A stretch of 64,000 bases of DNA from Alphaproteobacteria bacterium. GTDB lineage: Bacteria; Pseudomonadota; Alphaproteobacteria; RF32; CAG-239. This document shows positions 19,469 to 30,038 of the stretch, in pieces; positions within the stretch are counted from its first letter, which is position 1, and each line of letters begins with the position of its first letter. Both the position numbers and the translations under genes were made by a program. Below the pieces are notes generated by a model. The model searched no databases. It was given only the letters and a program-made list of their open reading frames with translations, and had not been told where the DNA came from. The DNA lies in assembly GCA_045590955.1 (NCBI GenBank), contig JAZNSB010000003.1:2888-66887 (forward strand). The letters are read 5' to 3'.

Positions 19469-21501
19469 ATGTGTCCGTTTTTGAGCAGATTGTAGTATTT
19501 GAATAAAGACCCCGTTTGAGCAACAGACCAACCAAAATCTTTTTGCATAGCAGCTTTGGTCATGGCTTTTAGAGTTTTAGGTTCTTTGTAGAAGGTGTTA
19601 AGGGCTTTTTCAAGGGTTTCGGCATAAGCTCTTTCGTTGGTTTTTAGTCTTTTTGCGGTAATGTTATTTCCGTATACATGTCTCTTTTCGCCAAAAAACA
19701 CTTCTGTTCTAAATCCGTTTATGCCGTCATCAATGGTATCAACAAGACCCCCGGTAGATGTTGCTATAGGAACAGCACCTTTTGCCATGGCTTCCATTTG
19801 AGTTAAGCCACATGGCTCAAAATGTGACGGCATTAAATAAAAATCCGAAGCCAACTGAATTGCATAGGCAAATTCATCTTTATATCCTCTGAACACAAAA
19901 ATTCTTTTGGCTGCTTTTGGGTTTTTCTCTGCAAGACGGTCTTTTAGTTTTGTGAGCATGGTAAAGTTTGTATCATCTCCGGCACCACCCATTATAAAGA
20001 AAGGCGGTTCTTTATAGTCTGAATTTTCCAGCAAATTTAATATAGATTGGCAAGCAATGTCATATCCTTTTTGTTCCACCAAACGACTGGTGGCGCAGAA
20101 AACAGGAATGTTGTCAGAATCATTTATTGCTGATTTATCGGCTTCAAATTTGTATGTTTCAATTAGTGGAATTTTTTTATTTTTATATTCCTTATCGGAG
20201 GCAAGCTTTGATAAAAGTTTTAAAAATTCTTTTTTATTGTGATTTTTAATATCTATACTGTTTTCATCAAAAACTTTGAAGTTTGTGTCTTCAAAGAATG
20301 AGTTTATTTTTTCAATTTTTTGTGCATTTGGAGATATTAGAGCCTTTTCATAACCGTTTACAATGCCAAAAAAGTTTCTGTGGTCTTTTCTTATTTTTAA
20401 GATGTCTCTAAAATCAAAACCAAAAGCCAGATCTTTTGAAACTTCGTCCATATAATTTTTTGATACAGTAACAACCTTATCAGCTAACATCAGATTACAT
20501 CCTGCCTGATTATAACAATCGTGAATAATCAGACAGTTGGTTGCTCTTGGGTTTGAGTTTTTAATAGCTTTTGCGTTTTTATAAACCATTGAGGCGGTAT
20601 CTTCATATAGCGAATTTAAAAGTTTTGATGTGTTTTCATAGTCCCATCCTTGATATCCCAGGTGATGAACAATGTGAATTATCGGAATTTGAGATAGTTC
20701 TTGTGCCAAAGAAAGCTCCATTTTTCCAATTTCTGATTGAGCGAATCCAAAATATTTTAATAAACCGCTCAAGGCTCCTGCGTGCCAGTCATTGGCAATG
20801 AGAGATGTTGGTTTTTGTAAAGAACACCTGTGGTCGCAAATTTGTTTAAGCAATACAAAAACAGCCTTTGATAAAAAAGCAAAACGTTCAACCTCGTTTA
20901 TGTTAAATTCGTTACAAACATAACATCCGTCTTGTGCAGGACTGTTGTTTGCCGAAGGGTTTATGCTGAAAAATCTGTCACATTTCAGGAAAATATATTC
21001 TGTGTGTTCAAATGTGCCGGAATAAACATCTACAGTATGTTTTACCAGGGTGTTTTTTTCTCCGTAAAAGGGAACCTGAAGGGTGCAAACCTTAGAAACA
21101 TCTATGTTTTTTTGTTCTGCACCTGTATATGTTTTGCCGTCAAAAGATGTTTTTTTCTTTCCTGTATTGCCAAGGTACATTGGGGTAACAACAACCGCTT
21201 TTTCTTGGTTTTGGTTGAAAAGAATGTTAAAATTTTCAGGAAGCTCTGATGCAATCATGCCCAAGCCGCCCCATTTCATGAAAGTGGCGGTTTCTGCCGT
21301 AATCATCCAAACGTTTAGTTTTTCAACATTTGTCCAGGGCTCTTTCCCTAAACACTGTTTTTTTGACAAGTTTTGCAGATATTGAAGTGTTCTGTTGTTT
21401 GTGGTCGGGTATTTTTGGTAAACCTTTTTCTTGTTGAAGTTTTTGTACAGAAACCCTGTTAGTTGAGAATCGATGGGTTGGGCGGTTTCTTTTTTTGTCA
21501 T
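19465..21501 (-). CDS. GT5-family glycogen/starch synthase-like glycosyltransferase; unusually long at 678 aa.
   Basis: KWGGLG (equivalent to KTGGL), IANDWHAG, SRLVEQKG, MPSHFEPCGLTQ and STGGLVDT match GlgA catalytic motifs. It has an N-terminal extension and internal insertions. Confidence 0.6.
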   Translation of the reverse strand: MTKKETAQPIDSQLTGFLYKNFNKKKVYQKYPTTNNRTLQYLQNLSKKQCLGKEPWTNVEKLNVWMITAETATFMKWGGLGMIASELPENFNILFNQNQEKAVVVTPMYLGNTGKKKTSFDGKTYTGAEQKNIDVSKVCTLQVPFYGEKNTLVKHTVDVYSGTFEHTEYIFLKCDRFFSINPSANNSPAQDGCYVCNEFNINEVERFAFLSKAVFVLLKQICDHRCSLQKPTSLIANDWHAGALSGLLKYFGFAQSEIGKMELSLAQELSQIPIIHIVHHLGYQGWDYENTSKLLNSLYEDTASMVYKNAKAIKNSNPRATNCLIIHDCYNQAGCNLMLADKVVTVSKNYMDEVSKDLAFGFDFRDILKIRKDHRNFFGIVNGYEKALISPNAQKIEKINSFFEDTNFKVFDENSIDIKNHNKKEFLKLLSKLASDKEYKNKKIPLIETYKFEADKSAINDSDNIPVFCATSRLVEQKGYDIACQSILNLLENSDYKEPPFFIMGGAGDDTNFTMLTKLKDRLAEKNPKAAKRIFVFRGYKDEFAYAIQLASDFYLMPSHFEPCGLTQMEAMAKGAVPIATSTGGLVDTIDDGINGFRTEVFFGEKRHVYGNNITAKRLKTNERAYAETLEKALNTFYKEPKTLKAMTKAAMQKDFGWSVAQTGSLFKYYNLLKNGHI

Positions 21502-21630
21502 AGCGTTCCTTTTACCAAAAATTACTTAAGCATATTGTTGTGATGTTACTCTTGACTTGTAAAAAATTAGTTACTAAATTTCAATTATTATAAAAATATA
21601 CAAAAGCAAGCAAATTTTAAAGAGGAAAAA

Positions 21631-22167
21631 ATGAAAAAAGATAAAAAAATTGCTCAAGATGATGAAAATAAAACAGAAGAAGAGGTTTTGGATTTAAAAA
21701 CTGATGAAGAAAAACAAAATCAGGAAGAAAAAAACGAAGACTTTAAAGACAATTATCTCAGAGCATTGGCCGAACTGGAAAATACAAAAAAACGCTGTGC
21801 GACCGAAATTGAAAAAAACTCTAAATACGCAATAGCTTCATTTGCAAAAGATTTGCTTGTGGTGGCCGACAACCTAAACAGAGCTATAAGCGCCGTTAAG
21901 CCGGAAGAAGAGCAAAATTGTGCAGCTGTTTTGGAAGGAGTAAAGCTTACAGAACATGAGCTTTCAAAGGTGTTCAAAAAACATGGAGTGGAAAAAATGG
22001 ATATATTAAATACCGTTTTTGATCCAAACTTTCACCAGGTGGTTCAAGAGATTCCAGATGAAACAAAACCTGCAGGAACGGTGATTGCGGAAATTCAGAC
22101 AGGATACACGATAAACGACAGAATTTTGCGTGAAGCAATGGTTGTTGTAACAAAGAACAAAGCTTAA
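21631..22167 (+). CDS. grpE: Nucleotide exchange factor GrpE
   Basis: Acidic N-terminus. LRALAELENTKKR coiled-coil. A C-terminal beta-domain. Confidence 0.9.
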   Translation: MKKDKKIAQDDENKTEEEVLDLKTDEEKQNQEEKNEDFKDNYLRALAELENTKKRCATEIEKNSKYAIASFAKDLLVVADNLNRAISAVKPEEEQNCAAVLEGVKLTEHELSKVFKKHGVEKMDILNTVFDPNFHQVVQEIPDETKPAGTVIAEIQTGYTINDRILREAMVVVTKNKA

Positions 22168-22234
22168 AAAATCTTTGATTTGATATTTTTTTTGATTTAC
22201 ACTTATAACAAGTTTAAATTTTAAGAGGGTTGTT

Positions 22235-22945
22235 ATGAGAGAATCAAAAAGAAAAAACGATCAACTGAGAAATGTTGAAATAATTCCTGACTTTAATCCT
22301 TACGCAGAGGGTTCTTGCCTGATTAAGTGTGGAAACACCCACGTTGTTTGCACAGCTTCGGTTGACGATAAACTTCCGTCTTGGTTGAAGGGACAAAATC
22401 GCGGTTGGATTACTGCAGAATATGCGATGTTGCCAAGAGCCAACAGAACAAGAGTACCAAGAGAAAACTCAAAACCTTCTGGAAGAACCCAAGAAATACA
22501 ACGTTTGATAGGGCGTTCTTTGCGTGCGGTAGTGGACTTGGAAAAACTGAAAAATTTTTCAATTTGTATTGATTGCGATGTGTTGCAGGCAGATGGAGGA
22601 ACAAGAACGGCGTCTATTACCGGTGCGTTTGTTGCTCTATCTTTGGCAATTAGAAAAATGTTGGCAGAAAGAAAAATTTCTTCAAATCCCATTAGAGAAT
22701 ATGTGGCAGCTGTTTCTTGTGCTGTTTTTAACGGAGAGGCTATTTTGGATGTGGATTATGGAGAAGATTCAAACTCTCAGGCAGATATGAATTTTGTGTT
22801 ATCAGAATCTGGCAAAATTATAGAAATACAAGGAACTGCAGAACAAAAACCTTTTTCTGAAGAAGAGTTTTCCGAGTTGTTTGCCTTGGCTAAAAAGGGA
22901 ATTTCTGAATTAATGGAAAAACAAAAACAAGCTTTGGGTTTTTAG
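22235..22945 (+). CDS. rph: Ribonuclease PH
   Basis: A 236-aa RNase PH-fold protein. Conserved grpE/rph-rdgB neighbourhood. Confidence 0.9.
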   Translation: MRESKRKNDQLRNVEIIPDFNPYAEGSCLIKCGNTHVVCTASVDDKLPSWLKGQNRGWITAEYAMLPRANRTRVPRENSKPSGRTQEIQRLIGRSLRAVVDLEKLKNFSICIDCDVLQADGGTRTASITGAFVALSLAIRKMLAERKISSNPIREYVAAVSCAVFNGEAILDVDYGEDSNSQADMNFVLSESGKIIEIQGTAEQKPFSEEEFSELFALAKKGISELMEKQKQALGF

Positions 22946-22946
22946 T

Positions 22947-23531
22947 ATGAACACACTAATTTTTGCATCTAAAAATGCCGGAAAAATAAAAGAAATAAAA
23001 CAGATTTTAGCCCCTTTTCAAATAGAGGTAAAAACAGCTTTGGATTTTAACCTGCCAGACGTTGAAGAGACGGGAAAAACTTTTGTTCAAAATGCTCTGT
23101 TGAAAGCCGAAACAATAGCAGAAATTATGAAAATGCCGGTGTTGGCAGATGACAGTGGTTTGTGTGTTGATGCTTTAGGCGGAGCTCCGGGAGTGTTTTC
23201 TGCCAGATATGCACCAACATCCGAAGAAGCAAACAAGAAGCTGATACAAGAGTTAAAAGCATTGCAAACAAACAATCTTTCGGCACATTTTGAGTGTGTA
23301 ATGGCGCTGGTTGTTCCCGGTAAAGACAGTTTTGTTTTTGATGGGCGGGTTGATGGAAAAATTGTTTTTGAACCCAGAGGAACGGGATTTGGTTATGATC
23401 CGATTTTTGTTCCTGAAGGTTACAATGAAACATTTGGACAGATGTTGCCAGAACAGAAGAATAAAATTTCTCACAGAGGAAGGGCTATGCAGAAGTTTAT
23501 AGGATTTTTAAATGAAACGAAAACTTTTTAA
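22947..23531 (+). CDS. rdgB: dITP/XTP pyrophosphatase (RdgB/Ham1)
   Basis: FASKNAGKIKEI N-terminus and the Ham1 family motifs SGRGTGFGYDPIF-like (EPRGTGFGYDPIF). Confidence 0.9.
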   Translation: MNTLIFASKNAGKIKEIKQILAPFQIEVKTALDFNLPDVEETGKTFVQNALLKAETIAEIMKMPVLADDSGLCVDALGGAPGVFSARYAPTSEEANKKLIQELKALQTNNLSAHFECVMALVVPGKDSFVFDGRVDGKIVFEPRGTGFGYDPIFVPEGYNETFGQMLPEQKNKISHRGRAMQKFIGFLNETKTF

Positions 23532-26403
23532 TGTTCCTTTAAGTTGTGATTTTGTTAATGTTTTAGCTCATAGCTTTTTGCAAAAGTATGCACAAAACCT
23601 TACAGATCTTGCGGATGTTTTGTTTATTTTGCCGTCACAGAGGGCAATTAAAGAATTGCAGACGGCTTTTTTTGAAAGAATGGGAAATAAGACCATCTTT
23701 TTACCACAAATGGTGGCAATCGGCAACATAGAACAAGAGGATGTTTTTGCCGACGTTTTTGATAACGAAGTGCTGATAAAGAGCTTATGTCCCACAATAA
23801 ACAAGACGCAAAGACTTTTTTCTTTTGTTAAACTAATTCAAAAAATGATGGCACAACAACCCGACGAAAGGGTTTCTTTGAAGCAAGCATTCTTTTTGGC
23901 AAATTCTTTGGCAAAGCTAACGGATACTGTAAATAATGAAGAACTTTCTTTTGATTGTTTGCAAAATTTGGTTCCCGAAGAATATGCCGAGCACTGGCAA
24001 AAAACTTTGGATTTTTTGAAAATAATTACACAGTTTTGGCCACAAATTCTAAGAGAAAAGGGTTTGCAAGATGCCACATTTAACCAGGTTTTAATGCTTA
24101 AAACACAAGCAGAGATTTGGAAAAAACAGAATACAAAAAAGAAGATTGTGGTAGCTGGAACAACAGCAACATTTCCTGCAATGAAAAGTTTTGTTAAAAC
24201 CGTGTTAGAACTTGAAAACGGAGAGGTATATTTGTATGGTTTGGACAAACATCTTTCTCCAGAAGATTGGGATAAGATAGATATTACCCATCCCCAGTTT
24301 GAACTAAAAGAGTTGTTGTTTTTTTTGCAAGAAGACAGAGAAGGTGTGGCAGATGTTTGTTTGCCAAAAAACAGCACCAGGGAAGATTTTCTCAGTGAAG
24401 TGATGCGACCGGCGGCAACAACCCAAAAGTGGAGAAGTGTGCAAAAAAATACAGATTTGTTCTCCGGAATAGACATGGTTGTTTGTAAAGAACCGCAAGA
24501 AGAAGCTTCTGTTATTTCTTTAATTTTGAGAGAAGCCTTACAGCACAATAAAACAGCAAGATTGGTTACAACAGACAGGGGGTTGTCTCGCAGGGTGGTT
24601 GGCGAGCTGAAAAGGTGGAATATTGAGGTAGATGATTCTGCAGGATATCCGCTGTTAACAACTCCGGTGGGAACTTTTTTGCGGCTGATATATAACTATG
24701 TTTTGTCCGGTTTTTCAAAAATTGAAACATTGGCGCTTTTGAAACACCCCTTTTGTGCGCTGGAACAAGATTATGCAGACATAAGGCTTTTGACCAGAAA
24801 AATGGAAATAGAGCTGTATAGAAAAAACAAAGAAGATTCACAATTGCAACACTTGGAACAAACACTCAAGGTGTTTGCAGAACCGTTAAGATGTTTGTTG
24901 CAAGAAAAGGCAACAAATCTTTCTGATTTGCTTAATGCGCATATTGTGGTTGCAGAAAAAATCGCCTCAACATCTGATAAAGATGGTGCAAGTGTTTTGT
25001 GGAAGGGGTCGGATGGTGAAGCTTGTGCAAAAATGTTTGCAGATATTTTGGAAAACGCAGACGCTCTGGGAGAGATTGAAACAGAAGAGTATATTGGTTT
25101 AATTGAAGCAATGATGTCTTTTGTGATGATTAGAAACAAGTATCAAACAAGCGAACAAATTAAGATTTTGGGGCCGATTGAGGCCAGATTAACGCAGGCC
25201 GATATAACCATTGTTGGCGGACTTAACGAGGGATGTTTCCCCTTAACCCCAGAAACAGATCCTTGGATGTCAAGAGGAATGAAAAAAGACTTTGGATTGC
25301 CTCTACAGGAAAAAAGCATTGGAATTTTGGCGCATGATTTTTGTGCAATGACAGCATCCGGCAAAGTATATTTGACCAGATCTGAGAGAGTTGATGGCGC
25401 ACCAGCATCTTGTTCCAGGTGGATTATGCGTATGCAAACAGTAATTGAGGCGCTTGGCGGAAATGTGGAAGAATGGCAAAAACAAGCACAAAGATATAAA
25501 GATTGGGCACAAAAACTTTTTGAGCCCGACAAGATTTATACAATAGCACCTCCTTCACCAAGGCCTCCGGTAAAAAGCAGACCAAGAGAATTGTCTGCAA
25601 CAAACGTAGAAAAACTTGTGAGAGATCCATATCAGATTTTTGCATCAAAAATTTTGGGATTAAAAAAACTGGAGGATGTACAAAAAGATCCTTCTCAGGC
25701 TGATTATGGCAGCATTATTCATAAAATTTTACAAAAGTTTAACGAAAAATATCCTAAAAAGTTGCCAGAAAACGCCAAGCACGAACTTTTGGATTTGGGA
25801 AAAGAAATGTTTGCTCATAATTTATTATCGGCAGAAAAAATGGCTTTTTGGTGGCCAATGTTTGAGCAAACGGTGGATTGGTATTTGGAAACAGAACAAG
25901 AATACAGAGAAAAAATTTGCAAAACATTTGCAGAACAAGAAGGTGAATATCTTTTCAACACATCTTATGCTCCGTTTAAACTTACGGCAAAAGCAGACAG
26001 AATAGATTGGACGGTAGAAAACGAGCTTAATATTATAGATTATAAAACAGGTAAACTTCCTTCAAAAGCAGATGTAAAAAACGGCTGGTCTCCTCAGCTT
26101 GTGGTTGAGGCAATTATCGCAAAAAATAATGGTTTTAAAAATCTACCGCAAAATGTTGCAATTGGACAGCTTGCATATTGGAAACCAAAAACAAAGCCAA
26201 CGATTTTAGATGGGGGTGTAGATGCTTTTGTGCAGGAAAGAGAGTTGGCAATTAAAAAAATGATTGAAGAATATGACGAGCAGTCTAAACCTTATGAGTG
26301 TCGTCCGGTTCCTAAAAAAGCTCCAAGCTATTCGGATTATGAACACTTGGCCAGAGTGGATGAGTGGAGCGCAAAGGGTGAGGAGGAAGAAGATGACAAC
26401 TGA
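23512..26403 (+). CDS. addB: Double-strand break repair protein AddB (alphaproteobacterial type)
   Basis: 963 aa. A C-terminal PD-(D/E)XK nuclease with IIDYKTGK. Immediately upstream of addA and overlapping it. Confidence 0.8.
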   Translation: MKRKLFNVPLSCDFVNVLAHSFLQKYAQNLTDLADVLFILPSQRAIKELQTAFFERMGNKTIFLPQMVAIGNIEQEDVFADVFDNEVLIKSLCPTINKTQRLFSFVKLIQKMMAQQPDERVSLKQAFFLANSLAKLTDTVNNEELSFDCLQNLVPEEYAEHWQKTLDFLKIITQFWPQILREKGLQDATFNQVLMLKTQAEIWKKQNTKKKIVVAGTTATFPAMKSFVKTVLELENGEVYLYGLDKHLSPEDWDKIDITHPQFELKELLFFLQEDREGVADVCLPKNSTREDFLSEVMRPAATTQKWRSVQKNTDLFSGIDMVVCKEPQEEASVISLILREALQHNKTARLVTTDRGLSRRVVGELKRWNIEVDDSAGYPLLTTPVGTFLRLIYNYVLSGFSKIETLALLKHPFCALEQDYADIRLLTRKMEIELYRKNKEDSQLQHLEQTLKVFAEPLRCLLQEKATNLSDLLNAHIVVAEKIASTSDKDGASVLWKGSDGEACAKMFADILENADALGEIETEEYIGLIEAMMSFVMIRNKYQTSEQIKILGPIEARLTQADITIVGGLNEGCFPLTPETDPWMSRGMKKDFGLPLQEKSIGILAHDFCAMTASGKVYLTRSERVDGAPASCSRWIMRMQTVIEALGGNVEEWQKQAQRYKDWAQKLFEPDKIYTIAPPSPRPPVKSRPRELSATNVEKLVRDPYQIFASKILGLKKLEDVQKDPSQADYGSIIHKILQKFNEKYPKKLPENAKHELLDLGKEMFAHNLLSAEKMAFWWPMFEQTVDWYLETEQEYREKICKTFAEQEGEYLFNTSYAPFKLTAKADRIDWTVENELNIIDYKTGKLPSKADVKNGWSPQLVVEAIIAKNNGFKNLPQNVAIGQLAYWKPKTKPTILDGGVDAFVQERELAIKKMIEEYDEQSKPYECRPVPKKAPSYSDYEHLARVDEWSAKGEEEEDDN

Positions 26404-29400
26404 TGTTTTGCAAAAGAAAAAAGAAGTAAAACTCCAAATTGCACAAAAACAGCAGAGACAGGCATCAGACCCTGATTTTTCTGTGTGGGTAGAGGCTTCG
26501 GCAGGAACCGGCAAAACCAAGGTTTTAACAGATAGAGTATTAAGGCTTTTGTTGAGAGGTGTAAATCCGGCAAAAATTTTGTGTTTGACATATACCAAGG
26601 CAGCAGCTGTGGAAATGGCGGAAAGAATTGCAAAAAAACTGTCTTTTTGGACAATATGTGATGAGCTTGTGTTGCTTGAAGAATTGGAAAAATTGTTTGG
26701 TTACCCACCCACAGAAGAACAAACCTCTTTTGCCAGAAGACTTTTTGCAAAAACATTGGAGCTATTAAAGGGAATGAGAATCCAAACAATTCATAGTTTT
26801 TGCCAAGAGGTATTAAAAAAATTTCCATTTGAAGCAAATATATCTCCATACTTTGAGGTGATGGACGATAGAGCTTCCAGCCAAGCGTTAGCTGAAATCA
26901 AAAAACAAATGTTTGAAGATTTGTATAAGCAAAACAACCTTAAAGAGGCTGATGCGCTAGGGGTTTTGCTGTCACAGCTTTCCGAAAAACAACTCTTGGA
27001 GGTGTTGGGGTTTATTACTGTAAACAGAATAAAAATTACGGAATTGTTGCAAAAAAAAGACGCAGAAAAACTGCTTGTGGACTTGCAAGAGGAGTTAAAT
27101 GTTGACCCTTTGCAGACAAAAGAAGAGGTTTTGAAAGATTTTTTTGCAAGGCAGAACATGCAAGAAATTTGCAAATCTTGTGTTCATATTAATAAAATTA
27201 CAGCACAACAGCTTGGAAAAATAAACCAAGCACCTAGTAAGGCGTTAAAGTTTAGTAAACTTTTAGATTGTTTGTTCAAAGAAAAGGATGGACGAAGGGC
27301 TATTAACAAAACGGCTTCAACGGAAGATGTGTTGATAATAAACACACTTATGCAAGACTGCGAACAAACCATAGAACATCTAAAGGCAATGGACTTGTAT
27401 GCGGCAACATCGGCGGTTTTGTTGTTGGCTAACTATATGATAAAAGCGTATGCTGATTTTAAACAACAAAATACAAAATACGATTATGAAGACCTGATTG
27501 TTATTACTAAAAATTTGTTGGAAAACAAAAGTGTAAAAGATTGGGTTTTGTATAAACTGGATGATGGAATAGACCATATTTTGATTGACGAAGCTCAAGA
27601 TACATCCCCATTGCAATGGAGTATAGTGAGCTCTTTGACAGATAACTTTTTTGCAGAAGAAAATTCTGGTAAAACGTTGTTTGTGGTAGGGGATAGAAAA
27701 CAGTCAATATACAGCTTTCAAGGAGCTGACATAAATGTTTTTGAAAATATGCGACAAAAGTTTTTGAAACACAAATCTTTTCAAGAGGTAAAGCTGGATA
27801 TTTCTTTTAGGTCTGTTTCTGCGGTTATGGATGTGGTAAACCATGTTTTTAATGGCGAAAACATGCAACAAGCTGTTGGGCAACAGGTTTTTCATGATCC
27901 TGCAAGAGAAGGTGAGGCCGGAAGGGTTGAGTTGTGGAAAATTCCTACAAAAGAAGAGCTTCTTTTTACTCATAAAACAGTGTTTTTGGCTAGGAAGATT
28001 GTGGCAAAAATCAAAAAAATGGTGGCTGAAAAAGAAATGCTTCAATCTCAGGGGCGGCCGGTAACTTTTGGTGATTTTTTGGTTTTGGTGCGAACAAGAG
28101 GTGATTTTGCAGATAACTTTATTAAAGAATGTAAGTCTCAAAATGTGCCGGTTTCAGGTGCAGACAGGCTTTTTGTTATGAAAGAAGTGGCTGTAAAAGA
28201 CCTGATGTGTTTGGCAAATTTTTTGCTGCTACCTCAAGATGATTTGAATTTGGCAACACTGTTAAAATCTCCGTTGTTTGGGCTTAATGATGACGATTTG
28301 TTTGAACTTTGTTACAAAAGATATCCACTTTCTTTGTGGCAAAGATTATCTCATAACGAAAGATTTAAAAACACATACAAAGAGCTGCAACAGCTTTTAG
28401 ACATGACAGATTTTGTACGCCCTTATGAGCTTTTTTCTTTTGTGCTAATCAATATGAGAGGAAAACAAAAGTTTGTTGAAAGACTGGGTTTTGAGTGTTT
28501 GGATGCTATTGAAGAGTTTTTGAATCTGGCTTTGCAATTTGAAAAAGAAAATCCCCCGTCTTTGCAAAAATTTGTGGAATGGGCAAAAGGGGGTGATTTG
28601 CAAATTAAAAGAGATATGGACGGAGGAAACAATAATTTTGTGCGGATAATGACGGTTCATGCATCAAAGGGGTTGCAGGCTCCGATTGTTATTTTGCCGG
28701 ATACAACATCTTTCCCCTCTTCAAGTAAGATAAAAAGAATGTTGTGGGACAAAGATTTGTTTTATGTGCCATTGTCTGCAGCTCAGTATGAAAAAACAAC
28801 AACAGATTTGTTAAAAAAATTGGCTCAAAACGAACATCAAGAGTATTTGCGGTTGTTGTATGTGGCAATGACAAGGGCTGAAGACAGGCTGTGTATTTGC
28901 GCTCATTCTCAAGAAAAAGCCACTTCCTGGTATGATTTTTGTAAAAAATCATTATTAAAAATAGGGTCTGAAACATTAGATGGCGAGTTGGTTTGTGATT
29001 GTGAACAGCAAAAAGAGGTTAAAGAATCTGCAATAAAAAAGAAGACTGTTGCGCAAGAAGATGTGCCTGATTGGTTGTTTGTTGAGCCGGAAAAACAACC
29101 GACAAAAGTTGTTGTAATTAATCCGTCGGTTGTTGATGATGAAGATGTGGCGGTTTCTCCACGAGAACAAAACATATATTTAAGAGGAAATGCAATACAC
29201 AAGCTTTTGCAAACAATAGGCTCTGTGAAAAAAGAAAGCAGACCAAGATTTATTAAAGAATTTTTATCAAAACAACTTCCGGAAGTAACGCAAAAAGTGG
29301 TTATGAAAATAGCTGAAGACGTGGAAGAATTGTTAAACAAATATGGTTTTCTTTTTGGGGACAATTCCAGAGCGGAAATGCCTGTTGTGGGCGAGCTTGA

Positions 29401-29632
29401 TGATAAAATTGTAATGGGTCAAATTGATAGGGTTGTTTTTCAAGAAAACAAGATAATTATAATAGACTATAAAACTAACAGAGAGGCCGCACAGACGATC
29501 AATGATGTGCCTAAAAAATATATTAAGCAAATGAATTTATATAGCCAATTGGTAGAAAAAATGTTTCCGGATAAAAAGATTGAGGCATATATTTTATGGG
29601 TTGCGTCTTGCGATTTGATGAAGATTTTTTAA
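26393..29632 (+). CDS. addA: Double-strand break repair helicase-nuclease AddA (UvrD-like)
   Basis: Walker A EASAGTGKTKVLTDR. UvrD helicase motifs. A C-terminal nuclease with IIDYKTNRE. The ATG at 26393 follows an AGGAGGAAG RBS. Confidence 0.85.
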   Translation: MTTDVLQKKKEVKLQIAQKQQRQASDPDFSVWVEASAGTGKTKVLTDRVLRLLLRGVNPAKILCLTYTKAAAVEMAERIAKKLSFWTICDELVLLEELEKLFGYPPTEEQTSFARRLFAKTLELLKGMRIQTIHSFCQEVLKKFPFEANISPYFEVMDDRASSQALAEIKKQMFEDLYKQNNLKEADALGVLLSQLSEKQLLEVLGFITVNRIKITELLQKKDAEKLLVDLQEELNVDPLQTKEEVLKDFFARQNMQEICKSCVHINKITAQQLGKINQAPSKALKFSKLLDCLFKEKDGRRAINKTASTEDVLIINTLMQDCEQTIEHLKAMDLYAATSAVLLLANYMIKAYADFKQQNTKYDYEDLIVITKNLLENKSVKDWVLYKLDDGIDHILIDEAQDTSPLQWSIVSSLTDNFFAEENSGKTLFVVGDRKQSIYSFQGADINVFENMRQKFLKHKSFQEVKLDISFRSVSAVMDVVNHVFNGENMQQAVGQQVFHDPAREGEAGRVELWKIPTKEELLFTHKTVFLARKIVAKIKKMVAEKEMLQSQGRPVTFGDFLVLVRTRGDFADNFIKECKSQNVPVSGADRLFVMKEVAVKDLMCLANFLLLPQDDLNLATLLKSPLFGLNDDDLFELCYKRYPLSLWQRLSHNERFKNTYKELQQLLDMTDFVRPYELFSFVLINMRGKQKFVERLGFECLDAIEEFLNLALQFEKENPPSLQKFVEWAKGGDLQIKRDMDGGNNNFVRIMTVHASKGLQAPIVILPDTTSFPSSSKIKRMLWDKDLFYVPLSAAQYEKTTTDLLKKLAQNEHQEYLRLLYVAMTRAEDRLCICAHSQEKATSWYDFCKKSLLKIGSETLDGELVCDCEQQKEVKESAIKKKTVAQEDVPDWLFVEPEKQPTKVVVINPSVVDDEDVAVSPREQNIYLRGNAIHKLLQTIGSVKKESRPRFIKEFLSKQLPEVTQKVVMKIAEDVEELLNKYGFLFGDNSRAEMPVVGELDDKIVMGQIDRVVFQENKIIIIDYKTNREAAQTINDVPKKYIKQMNLYSQLVEKMFPDKKIEAYILWVASCDLMKIF

Positions 29633-29694
29633 TTTTGTGCTTTAATCTAAAAAAATACATGTTATATTGATTGCACAAGAAAAGGAGAAAAAAT

Positions 29695-30009
29695 ATGGAA
29701 AGCATAAACGATTTGCAATTAGAGGATAAGGTTTTGAATTCAAAGGGTTTGACGGTAATTGATTTTTGGGCAGAGTGGTGCGGCCCGTGTCGTCAACTTT
29801 TGCCTATTATGGAAGAGGTTTCAAAAGAAATGGGTGATAAAGTAAAAATTTATAAAATGAATGTAGATGAATCCCCGGAATCTGCCGCAAAATTTGGAAT
29901 TAGAAGCATTCCTTCTGTTTTTTTGTTTAAAGACGGAAAACAGGTTGATGTAAGGGTTGGTTTAAATTCAAAAGAAACGATGGTTTCTTGGATTAAAGAG
30001 CATATGTAG
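29695..30009 (+). CDS. trxA: Thioredoxin
   Basis: Active site WAEWCGPCRQL. Size about 104 aa. AAGGAG RBS. Confidence 0.9.
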   Translation: MESINDLQLEDKVLNSKGLTVIDFWAEWCGPCRQLLPIMEEVSKEMGDKVKIYKMNVDESPESAAKFGIRSIPSVFLFKDGKQVDVRVGLNSKETMVSWIKEHM

Positions 30010-30038
30010 AAAAAAGCCCCGAAAGGGGCTTTTTTTAT
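30009..30038. terminator. Bidirectional rho-independent terminator between the convergent trxA and clpA-like genes.
   Basis: AAAAAAGCCCCgaaaGGGGCTTTTTTT. Confidence 0.8.

Noticed and set aside
21502-21630. CIRCE heat-shock operator upstream of grpE
   Set aside because: No TTAGCACTC-N9-GAGTGCTAA-like inverted repeat is present in the 129-nt region. Only a weak TTGACT/-10-like promoter was seen.
29633-29694. trxA promoter call
   Set aside because: A TATATT -10-like hexamer exists, but no acceptable -35 lies at the right spacing. It was left unannotated.
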